Under the pieces are notes generated by a model, which worked only from the letters and a program-made list of their open reading frames with translations, was not told where the DNA came from and ran no database searches. A program made the translations under genes and the position numbers. 49,647 nt of DNA. Source: Octopus bimaculoides (Eukaryota). Shown here in pieces: positions 1 through 12,985 of the stretch; position 1 is the first letter of the stretch; each line of letters opens with the position of its first letter. The DNA is taken from positions 47,715,033 through 47,764,679 of the forward strand of contig NC_068985.1 in NCBI RefSeq assembly GCF_001194135.2, read 5' to 3'.

Positions 1-1
1 C

Positions 2-32
<31 letters not shown>

Positions 33-167
33 CATACACATATATATATACATTTATATATATATATACATTTATATATATATACATTTATATATATATA
101 TATATATACACACATACATATATAGTCATACATACATTTATATATACTTATATACATATATATAAAG

Positions 168-206
<39 letters not shown>

Positions 207-212
207 TATATC
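1..212. repeat. (TA)n/(TACA) compound microsatellite
   Basis: Continuous TA dinucleotide array with interspersed CA, read directly. Confidence 0.95.
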
Positions 213-803
213 CCTGGATATCTATCTATTTGCCTATTATCTGCCATGTAGCTTTCTTCATTTCATTATTCCTTTCCATCTAAATAACTTTCAACCTTTC
301 ACTCCATTTATTTATCCCCTCCCTAGCTGTCGTCTCTAGCACGCGATCTTTCTCCCGCTATCTATCAATTGTTTGCTATCGTGTCAGCTAATAATATTCT
401 TGACCACGAATTCGGCCGTTCGATCATTAAGTTGGTAACGTGATTTAAGAGCGGTCTGACCAGGTTTCATAACAGTTTCTAGTTAACATTTAACATCCAG
501 CATGTCGGACATCAATTAATCTATTAGTGATGGGATGTTTGACCATAGACATGTTATAATGGAATCTATCTTTCAATTTCACATTCACTCTCTACTAATC
601 ACTTCGACCAACTTCATGTTTTCTGAACTGCCTTCTCCTCCCGCGTCTTTCCCATTATATATATATATTCTCTCCCAACAATTTCTGTGGTAACTTGTTT
701 TTACCTTAATCTCTCCAACCCAGCTACCTCTTCCTCTCTCGCTCTTTCCCCATCTCGTTTTCTCGCCCTCGGTGTCTTTCTGATTTCTGTTTCTCACTTC
801 TTC

Positions 804-844
<41 letters not shown>

Positions 845-1129
845 CATCTTTTGCTTCTGTCCACCACTTTTTCTCCCGCATTTTATGTAATATTTTATTT
901 CCTTTCTACTTTCTGTTGAATATCCTACATCACTCTACCCCTTCTTTCTCTCGTTCTGTCTTCCTACTCAACTAGCTCACTATTATGAATACATTTTTGA
1001 AGAAAAATAATATTTATTCTGTCAGAAAATATTTTATCGTCTCTTCTAAGGTCATTACAGTTCTTTTAAGTCATCTTGAACATGAAAAACGGAGACAACA
1101 GTCTCGTTAACTTTCGGTCACTGATACGT

Positions 1130-1990
1130 ATGTGCAGTTATGATGTTTAAGTTCGCAGTAATGCTATGATACTGGCTGTGATATTGTCACTGTAACTATG
1201 ACGCTAGCATTATGTTTATGATATTGGTAGTGTGTTCATGATCCTGTAAGTATTGTCATAAAACTAGTATTGTTCATATGATACTGGTGGTGTGATTATG
1301 ACGGAGGCAGTGTGGGTATTATACTGGAAATGTGATTACAGTACTAGCAATGTGTTAATATACCCTCATTGTACTTATGATCACTGTATTTATTATAGCA
1401 GCAGTGTTGTAATGAGATTGATATATTATATATATCTATATCTATATATATGATGCTAGTACTGTGGTTATGATTTGGCTGATATCGATATCATCCTAAC
1501 AGTGTTGTTATCATTCTGTTAGATTGGTTATGGCATATCTGTGTAGTTTTCATACTGGCAGTGTGAGTATCATACTTGGAGTGTTCTTATGATACTGTCA
1601 GCGTGGTTATGATTCTGGCAGTGTAGTAATGATCTAGTCAGCATATTTATGCATATGGCAGTGTGATATTAAGATTGTAACTGAATTTATGATGCTGGCA
1701 ATACGGTTATGATACTGTTTTGGTAATTGCAATATTGTCAGTGTGTCTATGGTACTGGTAAAGTTGTCAAGATACTGGTTGTGAAGTAATGGTACTGAAA
1801 ATGTACATACAAAGCTATCATGGAATCACGATATTGCTAATGAGATTATGGTCATGAGGAGTTGGTTAGGAAACAATCGAAGTACAATGTAGCTCTGGTA
1901 CTGATAAGCTCGTTGGGATGCTACCATTGTAGCTACAGGATAGACCACATTTTGTATAATGGCCGTATGGTTAGAATACTGGTCTCGCGG
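1130..1990. repeat. Degenerate 20-bp minisatellite, consensus approx. TTATGATACTGGCAGTGTGG
   Basis: Consecutive 20-nt units at about 1588-1700: ttatgatactgtcagcgtgg / ttatgattctggcagtgtag / taatgatctagtcagcatat / ttatgcatatggcagtgtga. The motif decays toward both ends. Confidence 0.8.
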
Positions 1991-2879
1991 CTAGAAAAGC
2001 GCCATACCTGCCAAAGCAGTAATGATTTTATATGTCATCAACATCAAGACTGGGGTAATTTTTCTACAACCTAATTTATTGATAGAACGTTTTGTTTTAT
2101 ATCGTAGTATAAAACAGAAAGTTTTCTTTAAGTATTTTTCTCAACGGTATTGTTGATACTAAAACGGAATTCTATGCAAAGTAAAGAGATTTGTTACACT
2201 CCACAGAAAGACTCGCATACACGACATTTGAACTCACGAATTCAAAATATTTTATGATCAAAAAAGTTCCAAATATGTATGTTGAACATTGAATTTCAGT
2301 ACAAAATGTCGCATTTGCAGTCAATGTTTTTCGATTGTGAAGTTTGCAATGTAACTATTATATCTAAGCACTTTCTTCCAATTTCTACAACCTGTCTTCT
2401 TTGAGCTTCTATCGGTCAGGGTCAAAATTTTATCTGAATTTATATTTGTAGCTGTGCGCAAGTTTTTTGTGGAAAATTTGCAGATCCCCATACAAGCTAC
2501 TCTCCTCTTTCCTCGCTTGCAATATTTATTGTCTCCATATTTTTACGGTCGATACATACTCTTGAATCGTCGTTAATGTTGGTCTCTGGAAGGGACAGAA
2601 ACGAATATGGGAAGGCATCTCTTTCGATGCTGTAACTGTTCCGCTAATTTACCTCCATGATCTGTTTTGTTAACCTCGAAAAGTTATAAAGCAGAGTTGA
2701 TCTCTATGATTATGATATTTCATCACACAGCGCAAAGATTGGAATAAACAGTGGAAGATATTCGATCTAAATCTCTATCGACTCTACCAGCTAGATGCCT
2801 CAAAATCCTATTACTCTAAATCATTTATTTCATATGATTTCGTTATTGTTCACATGTTGATGAAAAATACATGTTTGCA

Positions 2880-4133
2880 TCTTGCTATGATGGGCGTTAT
2901 GTCCGTCTGTCTGTCTGTCAGTCTCTCTGCCTGTCTGTTCCCTCTTCACGGTCAAACAGCTGCACCAATGGTCACGATGTTTTTCGGGATTACAAAGGAG
3001 GTAATCAGGAAAGTTTTTAACGAAAAAAAAAATGTGAAAAAGTATGATTATTTAGTGGATATTGAGTTTTGTATTAATAAATCACATTTGATTTTTTTTT
3101 TTTTTTTNNNNNNNNNNGACGGGGATTAACTCTGGATCTCCCTCCCGTATAGTTCGTGAATTGAGAGAGTTTAGATTTCGGATGTTATCCCTTTATTTCT
3201 CATCGTAGATGGGCAGATTTGCTACCTTACTATAATGGATGTTATGTCTGTCTGTGTGTCCGCCCGTCTGCCTGTCTGTCCGTCTCTTTGTTTGTTCCCT
3301 CTTCACGGTCAGACAGCTGGACCAATAGTTACGACATCTTTCGTGATTTCAAAGAAGGTCGTCAGGAAGGTTTTTAGCATTAAAAAAAAACAAAAAAAAA
3401 ACAGAAACAGAAAGTATGATTATTTCGTGGATATCGATTTTTGAATTGATAAATCACCTTCGCACTTTTATTAAAAATTCATCAACCACGAGTAACTCTG
3501 CATTTTCATCGTATAGTTCGTGGTCCCATCGTAGATACGAAGTGGATTACGAGGACGGTTAATTGCGAAAATAAAATGGAAAAAGTGTGTGTCAGTATAT
3601 AGTGTTTGACTATTTAGTGATTATTGAAGTGTGTCAGTCTCGAGCAGGTTTCGAAACGGCTAATCGAAGCGGCTGTTGTTTACATCTCAGTTTTGTCAAT
3701 CACAATAACACATGGTACCAAAACATCCAGACATTATTCGCATTGAAGAGTGAGAGGTAAGCCTTAGTTTGATTTTTTTGCAACCATAAAGATTCTGCTC
3801 GCGCCTTCACAGCAAACACGGCACAGGACCAGACTTTATATCGCAAAGGTGTATTTTTACCCATTCCGATGTTTACACACGGTCAGTTATACGTCGCTAT
3901 GAGTAGGGCAACGAACTCCAGTAATTTGGAAATTAGTATCGACCAAACAGAAAATATCATCTACAAAGAAGTTTTGTAATCATGTTAATATTATCGACTT
4001 GAATATGAGTTGGGAAATTTGAATGTATAAGAGTATAGACAAGCAATAGTGTAAACACCTAAAATAAAAGTATATTTAAACATTTTAAAATACTTTTTAT
4101 GTAGTAGTCGCTGGAAGCTCAGGCTTTCGTTAG
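2880..4133 (+). mobile_element. Non-autonomous Helitron with duplicated 5' end and PIF1 helicase C-terminal remnant
   Basis: A|TC 5' terminus at 2880 (tcttgctatgatgggcg), then a (GTCT)n tract and cacggtcaaacagctgcaccaat. A second diverged 5' end starts at about 3225. The helicase C-terminus lies at 3803-3979. The 3' end (gttag at 4129-4133, degenerate hairpin) is uncertain. Confidence 0.7.
3803..3979 (+). pseudogene. Helitron RepHel PIF1-family helicase C-terminus (motifs V/VI)
   Basis: Translates AFTANTAQDQTLYRKGVFLPIPMFTHGQLYVAMSRATNSSNLEISIDQTENIIYKEVL*, matching the SF1B/PIF1 pattern TINKxQGQT...FxHGQLYVAxSR...KNIVYKEV. Confidence 0.9.
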
Positions 4134-5339
4134 GAGTGGTCCACATCACCATTCATGATATAGAGGCTGGGAGCCTATTTCAGTCTGAGAGTGAATCGTC
4201 ATCACGTCACTTTGTCGCAAACACGTCATATAGCTGTAATAGAATGCTGTATTACCAACAATAATGCGATTTCATCGCCCAGTAATCTATCAAATTCATT
4301 TACACATTTCTCAATACATACTGATGCTATGACTTCCATCCATCATTCTATGCCGCCATCGTTGATGGGTAGATTTGCTAGTAACATTAATAGAACAAAG
4401 GAACCGTATTTACGACAGCACAGTAACAGTGTCAGCCCAGTGGCAGTGCAATCATGCATAACATATGTAGCCGAAACTATTCTTAAAAACAAAAAGGCTT
4501 TCAAAAATACTCTTAGATAGAAATGTTGCATAAAAAAGTAGCAGAAGCAATGACAATTATACGCAGCAACAAGAAAAATAGCAATGATAAAATACTTCTG
4601 TTAACTTTTAAAAATAATTGTGCCTTATCAAAATGTATATAGTATGCTGTATGCGTCTTTGTATAATCTTCGCTTTAAGAAGTGGATATCTGTCAAATCT
4701 TGTAAACTATAATTGATTTAGACATTCATCTGGAAGAGGTCACATTTTCAAGGGGAATTATATTGAAGGTGTGTCTATCGACTTGAGTGAAATTGCTCAC
4801 AAATCTAGTCAGAGAATGAAGGAATATTAACAGAACTTCTTCAGGGCTGTGATAAGTTTTAATAAAAATCATATGTATATATACATATTCTAGACCGTCA
4901 AGTTGTTTCTAACTTATGGAAAGAACGCATCGCAGAAACCATCCGAATCCAAACTATCGAATCTGTTAGCAAATGTCAGATACTTTTTTGATTAAAGTAT
5001 TCAACAACCAGCCTACGACTCGGTAGCTTTTGTCCTTTCACCAGTACTTCTAAGTATATGTTTTATAATCACAAGATTTGTGAGAATGTAAGAGAAATTG
5101 GGCGATTCACTGGTCTCATGTATATATTCATAGAATGATCAACCATTGATGGGTGACATGAAACGTTAAATGATTGACTTCATCATCTCATTGCAGAATC
5201 ATCTTTAAGATAAAAAAATAGTTATAACTTTTTTTGCTTCTTTCAGCGACGTCAGTAATTCTAACGATATTAACTGTGAACGTCTCCAGACTTTTATCTT
5301 TTGCTTTTGGTGTTTGATTTGCATTATATACATACACAT

Positions 5340-5394
5340 ACATAAATAAATACATAAATACATACGAATAAATTCTTTCAGAGTATATCGTTTC

Positions 5395-5437
<43 letters not shown>

Positions 5438-5450
5438 ACACATGTATATA
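5340..5450. repeat. (TACA)/(CA)n microsatellite
   Basis: Read directly. Confidence 0.9.
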
Positions 5451-5599
5451 TGGGGGTACAAATAAGTTAGTTATTCATTCTCTGCGATTTCTTATTTCTT
5501 AGTATCCTTTCGGAGAATGCCGATTGTCAAACCTATTTATCACTATAAGTTAAGTTTTTTTTTTGTCATTTCATTGTATGAAAACCCCAATACCATGAC

Positions 5600-5820
5600 T
5601 GTCGTTGTATTTGTCCCCTCGTCCACCGCCCTGGTGGCAAATAAAAGAAATCATCATCATCATCATCATTATTATTATGGCTGTTGTTGCTATTGTTGTT
5701 TCCGTTGTTGACGTTGTTGTTATCGTCATCCTTATCATCATCATCATCATCATCATTAGAAACTTTGTTTCTGATTTGGCTGTTGATATTGCGTTGCTGC
5801 TTCTGATGATGATGTTGTCA
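5600..5820. repeat. Cryptic trinucleotide low-complexity tract (ATC/GTT/ATT)
   Basis: Runs of catcat, gttgtt and attatt. Confidence 0.85.
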
Positions 5821-7229
5821 CAGGTACGGCTTATAATGTCCTTGTAGATTTTTTTTTGTTCTGTTGTACATATATTTGTATCGTTGGTTTTGGATTGTTT
5901 TTTGATATGATATAATCGCTTTACTATTCTTTCGAATTGATGCTTATCTGAAATTTATGATTTACTGATAACGAGGTTAGATAATGACTGGCCGTGGGAA
6001 TAGTATATATTTTCCTCGTTTATATGAAATGTGTGCTGTCTTATGTTCTGTGCTGTGACGTTCAATATACGAGAGATTCGGTGCAATGTGATGAATGTAT
6101 TCCTATATGAGTTACTTTATGTGTCTATGTGTGTTTATATGTGTGTAGTTACTTAATAGTTTTCTGAGTTGCTATGAGAAATCATTGCATCACATCAACA
6201 GAAACTTGTGAAGTATTTGCTGTGTTGTAATTTCACCCTTCGCTACGTTGTACAATAAATCTTCGCGTATTCATCTATTGTTTTTAAATATTAACGTTTT
6301 AGCGTAGTATGAAGAAGGGAGTCGTATGGTAGAGGACATGAGTTGATGTATTTCAGTATTTAGTTTCATTCCTCAGTGTTCTGAGATCGTATCCAGCAGA
6401 TGTCAATTTGACATCATCCATCACAGCTGATAAAATATTACCCGTTTCATAGTGATTTGATCCAATCCAGTTCACCCTTCTCTACATAAATTTGAAAGAC
6501 CGGTAGACGAATGACAGAAATAGATTGAATATGTTCTCTTTTGATTTTAGTCTCACTCTGTTCTAAGTTCAATTTCTACCGATGTCAGTATTCATGCTTA
6601 CATTTTTCATAACACATATATAACTATACGAAATTCACTCAAGTATACCTTATCCATAGCAATACCTTGCATTCAATGGATGAGAAATATCAATATTAAA
6701 TTTAAAATGTACGGTGCCGTAGAGGAAGATATCAGTCTTTAAACAATATGGACAGAGAGGCGGTTCCGATCTCCGAATAAAAGTAATCAGTTGCTTTATT
6801 TACAAGAATTCCATTTAAAACAATATGACATCAGAATGTTATATATTTTCTTTCCAATATATAGCACTTTAGCGTCGAGTAAAGGAAAAAAAAAAAACAT
6901 TCCATGAGTCCTTAATTCCTGATGCAAATTCGACGTCTCTTAGATGGGGCTTAAAACATCTCCTGTTCTGACAACAACCGATGTTCTCCGAAAAGATAGG
7001 CAGACAGCCAGGAAATAAAGGGATAATCGACGGCATTGCTGTACAGTTTTTTTTATTTACCGACCCAAAGAAATGAATAGAAAATCTCAGCTCGGCAGTG
7101 TTTAAATGCAGACTGTAATGATCTGGAATGATGTTCAGGAAGAAAAAAGAAGTCAAAGAAAGATTCATCCCGAAGACTGTTGTAAACAAAAATAAAAAGC
7201 GAAGAGAAACATTACAAGTCTTGTGAGAG

Positions 7230-7800
7230 AAATCATATTTTAAAAATGCGACACTCCAGCAAAGTGTCAATGGAGGTTGGATCAAAGGCTATATGGATGG
7301 TGAGGAACTGGTGAAATAATTTTGTACATGAGGCATATGCAAAGTCAAAAGGAATGCGGTAGATGTGTCTGTGTGTAAGAGTGGAGGAATGTGAACCGTT
7401 GTTTTGAATAAGGAAAAATGAAAAACATTTTTTCAATGCATAGAAATTCTGGAAGGTTTGATGGAGTGTCCAAGGATGCGAGGAATTTGTAAGATCGTCA
7501 GGAAAGCGAACTTGGTAAAACCGGCTGAGGACAAACGATTAGTAACACATGTAAGGGAAAATGGTTGATGAAGGAAAAGAAATCTCCCTGGAGAGAAGGA
7601 TGGAAAGTAAGAGAGGTAATAAATGAAGGAAATAATGAGTGCGTTTGAATTGTGGATGTGTGGGTATGTGTGTAATAACTAAAGACTCAGTGGCAGAAAA
7701 GGTGTGAAAAGGGTCAAAGTGACAGTAGCAGAGATGTGAATTTGAGTGCCCCTCTGTATGCCAGTGTGTGCCTGGATAGGCGTGCATTCTTGTACCACTG
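7230..7800 (-). mobile_element. Probable degenerate retroelement remnant (Penelope-like?)
   Basis: Broken minus-strand frames such as NRLSSAGFTKFAFLTILQIPRILGHS and RIPFDFAYASCTKLF look coding-derived, but no diagnostic motif is intact. Confidence 0.3.
7681..7798 (+). repeat. 118-bp direct repeat, copy 1 (identical to 10070-10187)
   Basis: aaagactcagtggcagaaaagg...cattcttgtaccac matches base for base at both sites by eye. Confidence 0.95.
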
Positions 7801-8719
7801 TGCATGGGTGTATAGGTATGCTTGAATAAGAAAGTAAAAAATAAGAGCGTGTGTGAGCATCGGTTTGTATGTATGTAGAGTGGATGGTGTGGACGTGTGT
7901 GAGTGTGTCAAAGAGACAAGGTAGTAGTTGGGTAGATACCTGTCTTATTTGTAAAACAACCACTGCCAATCTAGGTATCGAAGGACGATCTTACGATCGT
8001 ACATGCAACATCCTAACTACTGCATCATACACCTCATACACACGCGCACACACACATACACACACACATGCATACACCCATATGCACAAACATAGATATG
8101 TTTATATGCATGGTATCATGGTATGCACTAGAAGCACAATTACAATTGAAACATCATTTGTATATCATATTTAATATATTGAATATCAATGCATCATGAT
8201 AGGCAAATTTTACTGTAGTATTCGTCCTGAGGTATCCCACTGGTGATATCTCTGGACAAATACCATAGATATACTGTGTTAAAAAACACGGCTGCGCTGC
8301 TATTTGCAATATCAGTTGATGTTTATTCCCTGTTTTGCTATATCATCCAGTATACGTATTAACTTGGCATGAGATTGGTTCTCAGTGCCTGTTACTGACA
8401 AAGCCATGGAGGCAGGAGTCCATGTAACATTTACGCCGTTCGCTGCTAGGGTTATTTTCGTTTGTCTCTTATGTATTTTTTTTGCTACTAAAAACATCAC
8501 GTGCATATGAGATACTATCTCGAGATGAAGACGTCAGTAATTTTCCCTATCAATGTATTAATGTATTAATATCAAGTATGATACACATATGATTATTGTA
8601 ATCTAATATTACTTCTGTTGCATATAATCTATTTGCATACACACATATTTATATATATACACATACATACATATAAATATATATATATATGCATACATTC
8701 ATGCATAAGTACATACACA

Positions 8720-8870
8720 CGCACACACACAAATACACAAACACACAAACACATACAAACACATATACTACATTTCAATTGCTATATTGGCTTAAATAAA
8801 GCAATCCGATGTTGTCCGGTATAATAATAAGTCATCTACAACTCAACTACAATATTTACACTATTGACCT
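8720..8870 (+). repeat. Dispersed repeat, left arm of an inverted pair with 9586-9736
   Basis: catttcaattgctatattggcttaaataaagcaatccgatgttgtccggtataataataagtcatctacaa is a near reverse complement of the 9610-9690 segment. Confidence 0.9.
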
Positions 8871-9476
8871 CAGTTGTCTGTGTCACTAATTGTATTCGAA
8901 GACAAAGAGTAATTTCTGTTCAACGTATTTCACGAATCTATTATCCTTGCATTGTTCTCTTCATCAACTGTAGTTTCTGGTCACCTGCCAAACCGAGATT
9001 TCTACTAAAATTTAGCGAATTATTTATCAACATAAGCATTGTGAAACCAGTTCTTTAGAAACGAAATCTAATAAAAAATCATTCCAAATCACCCATGCCT
9101 AACAACCCATTCTGCAGATTCTCTCTGTGGAAAATTTGACATCAACAAAGCCAACGTTCCGGATATCATTACTGGTGTAGTTTTAAGAATGCCTCTTTAG
9201 AAGAGTCTTTTATTTTGATTCTCTTGCTAAGGCTCCTTTTGCCTACCTTTTATATTCTTCAGCAACTACATTGTGACAGCGAGCATTTAGTTGCGAACTT
9301 AATGGAAAACTGTCTATTTTGTGTGTTCCCTCAAGGAAAAATAAACCTATAAGTTGGTTCTAAACTAGCTTTTGAAATAAATGTCTCTCGTGTGAGAGAA
9401 ATTACTGCTGCTTGAAAAATTACATTCTAATTGAATTTTCAACAAGAAGCTGTGTGACAACTTCGTTCGTTTAGGG

Positions 9477-9523
<47 letters not shown>

Positions 9524-9550
9524 CATATATATACATATATATATATATAC

Positions 9551-9582
<32 letters not shown>

Positions 9583-9585
9583 CTC

Positions 9586-9733
9586 TTAGGCCAATAATGT
9601 AAATATTGTAGTTCCTTGTAGATGATTTATTATTATACCGGACAACATAGGATTGGTTTATTTAACCCAATATAGCAATTGAAATGCTGTATATGTGTGT
9701 ATTTGTATGTGTTTGTGTGTGTCTGTATGTTCT

Positions 9734-9736
<3 letters not shown>
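9586..9736 (-). repeat. Dispersed repeat, right arm of the inverted pair
   Basis: Reverse complement of 8720-8870 with scattered mismatches. Confidence 0.9.
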
Positions 9737-9767
<31 letters not shown>

Positions 9768-10069
9768 NNNNNNNNNNNNNNNNNNNNNNNNNNNNNNNNN
9801 NNNNNNNNNNNNNNNNNNNNNNNNNNNNNNNNNNNNNNNNNNNNNNNNNNNNNNNNNNNNNNNNNNNNNNNNNNNNNNNNNNNNNNNNNNNNNNTGTGAG
9901 TGTGTGTTGAAGTTACATGTTAAATATATTTCGCCCTTGCATTTAACAAAAGTAGGTTTTAGCATACCGAATGAAGTGAAGTAATCTAGTAAAATATCGA
10001 ATTGAGAATACTGTTTCTGTTGTTGCTAAAATCTCAGGTTTGACTAATCAAAATTGTCAGAATATTTCC

Positions 10070-10187
10070 AAAGACTCAGTGGCAGAAAAGGTGTGAAAAG
10101 GGTCAAAGTGACAGTAGCAGAGATGTGAATTTGAGTGCCCCTCTGTATGCCAGTGTGTGCCTGGATAGGCGTGCATTCTTGTACCAC
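10070..10187 (+). repeat. 118-bp direct repeat, copy 2
   Basis: Identical to 7681-7798. Confidence 0.95.
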
Positions 10188-12102
10188 ATGTCATTTTGTT
10201 ATTCAAATATTACGTGCTAAGAAGTAAATTTTATAACGTGTTTTTCTTTTAATAAGATGGTATGAAGAGATTTGAGGGAGATTCGATTGCTATGTTTATC
10301 AGTTTAAGCCAATAATTAGGTACTTTATTAATTCTTTACATGTGCTAGGTTGTTAATTTATTCTCCATAGGATGCTTAATATATTGTTCATATATGCTCA
10401 TACATATATATTAATCAACCTACGGAGTAAATATATCGGCCCTTTTCTGCATGCGGGTTTTTTTTTCCCCCTTACAGTAAATTATTTATGACATTCCTAT
10501 TTGCACTGATTTTATATACGTTTATGTCATTTAACCTGTATTACACCTCTGCCAATTACAGAATGATAATTTAAAGAAAAAGACTGATGGATAATATTTG
10601 TTCATGTATTTCGTCACTTTTAGAAATTCAGAACTTACTTGAGTGAATGCAGTACCATAAACAACCAATATAAGAATTAAATAAATTTCAGCATCTTCAA
10701 ATTATTACTTAAAATTTTAATTTGTATTATTTTATGCAACACGGAGTCGCACTCAGCTCCATTCATTATAAAGTTTAAGCACGTGACACGTTCGAGATAC
10801 TTCATACAGTATTTATTGTTAGGTGTCATGTTTCAATTATATTCATTACGTGCCTTATGTCAACTTGATATCTCATGAACAACGTTGCATGTGCATTATT
10901 CGTAGGGTGATAACTCGCAGCCTCCTCATTCCCACACATGTGTCAACGCTCCATTGTTAGGATTTTTAATAAGACAATGCTATAATTATATATGTATTTG
11001 AATTAATATTGTTGCTCTTTCCGTAAATTGAACTATAATATAGTAGTTATAGTACACAAAGGTAGTCACAGCATAAACGGACTCTTCGAGACTTTTTGCA
11101 CTTATTGCCGATGAATTGTGTCGACACTGTTTTAAGTCTTCACACAATTCTGCTCCTCTCGCTAAAACGGAACACATTCTCTCAAGCCCTGTGTTGTTTG
11201 GATGATTTGAGAAATATATGAAAGTTTTGATTTAGACACAAATAATTGCATTATAATTCTTGTAATTGTTCTCATAAGAGAGACGCCTCTTACTTTTCTC
11301 CCCATTCCTCAGTGAGTTAGGGGTCCTTTTCTAATGAAACGTCAAGAGAAAAAAGTGGAACAAATTAACGTTTCAAAAAAGAAAAATGAAAAAACCACAA
11401 CTAATTGTCTTGGAGTTAAAGCCAAGCACATCCAACAGATAATGATAATTATTACTATGTTTTCTTTCATCCTTCTTTCTAATTCTCTGTTCTTTTAATA
11501 AAATCTTTTAAGATATTTGTCAACAAAATGAAATGATTTAAGTCATGTCTCGACTTTAAATAATTGAAAAAATAATTAATCAATACGCAACAACTATAAT
11601 CAAATTAAAGATGAAAAACCACAAAACATTATAATCAAACTGTGATAACAATGCCTGTGCGTACCACATTTCGAAAAATATTATCTTTATCTTTTATCAT
11701 TCGTGTGAACACTATCACCAGATTACAGTCTTCACCAAGAAGAGATATATACACAGACACGACTTACATATATTGGTAGATGTACCAGCGCAAATGAATG
11801 CCTACAGAAAAGAGATAGCAAAAGCATACCATAAAAAAGGCCTCAGAAATGATAAAGTACCTATAATTTGAGAAATGCCAAAGCCCATAGATAAGGAGAT
11901 CAAAGTTTATCGACAACATATTGTTGTAATTATCCACCAAAAGAAAAAAAAAATACCTCCAAATCAACATAGCTCTCTCAAATGATAACAATGCTTTTCT
12001 AAAGGAAGTGGAGACACTGTCGATATACGAAGGTCTGGAAAGAGAAACAACACGAATTTGAGGCGTGTGATTACAATAATGCTAAGAAGTTATTCTTGAG
12101 AT

Positions 12103-12154
12103 TTGAGGAGACGTTGTTCCCAAACCTTGAGGTTTGGGAACAACGTCTCCTCAA
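12103..12154. repeat. Perfect 52-bp inverted repeat (25-bp stem, 2-nt loop)
   Basis: ttgaggagacgttgttcccaaacct-tg-aggtttgggaacaacgtctcctcaa. Confidence 0.97.
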
Positions 12155-12184
12155 CGTCCCAGCTAGCTAATATAGGATAGTGTA

Positions 12185-12185
<1 letters not shown>

Positions 12186-12216
<31 letters not shown>

Positions 12217-12295
12217 TAAAATAATATTCCTTTCTAATTTAAAGAATTGGATATGGCTACACAGAAACACTAATAATACTAATAATGAGAAGAAG

Positions 12296-12336
<41 letters not shown>

Positions 12337-12375
12337 CAACAACATCAATGATGATGATGATGATGATGATGATTA
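12186..12375. repeat. (AAT)n/(AAC)/(GAT)n trinucleotide microsatellites
   Basis: Read directly. Confidence 0.9.
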
Positions 12376-12779
12376 GCATACAAAGATAATAATGTGGAAA
12401 CTGATATCTGATGCTTTGGCCTGTGAGCTGTATACATACATGGAAAATGTATGTGATTAGCATACTGAGATAATATATTTCCTTGAATTGTCCTGCAAAT
12501 AACTTACTACTTTTTGACTAAACTAGTACATAACTCTCTTGTAACCAATGTAATCGCACTATGTGAAGTCTACAGTACGTCCCCTATTTTTTCCAGTCCC
12601 TCTGGCAAATCCTCAAGTGATTATTACTCTAAAAATATAAAAGTAATTGATCAAAATGAATTTTACTTACGATAGTCAGTCAGCGAGAGAAATTACTTTG
12701 ATCCAGAGTATTGTTAAATAGGAGACTTTCGAGTGATGATCTGAATGAAAACAAAATAAAGAACAAAGTGTGTTTCTTT

Positions 12780-12953
12780 TCCCACACATGCAGAGAAAGA
12801 GTGAGAGAGTGAGAGAGAGAAAGAGAGAGACAGGTAAAGAGACAGACAGAGAGAACGAGAGATAGAGAGAGAAAGGAAAAAGAAATAAAGAAAGAATGTG
12901 GCGGGGAGAGATAGAGCGAACTGTCCTTCTTTTCACACACACATAGAAAAATA

Positions 12954-12985
<32 letters not shown>

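Noticed and set aside
1130-1990. Regularly spaced repeats as a possible CRISPR array
   Set aside because: The units are contiguous with no unique spacers, there are no cas genes and the context is eukaryotic.
4191-4520. 109-aa plus-strand ORF (MNRHHVTLSQ...) and overlapping minus-strand reading
   Set aside because: No recognisable domain, no convincing splice sites, and only a vague Tc1-like resemblance on the minus strand.
5225-5300. LFLLLSATSVILTILTVNVSR resembling a Cys-loop receptor M3 helix
   Set aside because: It is flanked by stops on both sides and no other receptor segment lies nearby; hydrophobic runs are common in T-rich DNA.
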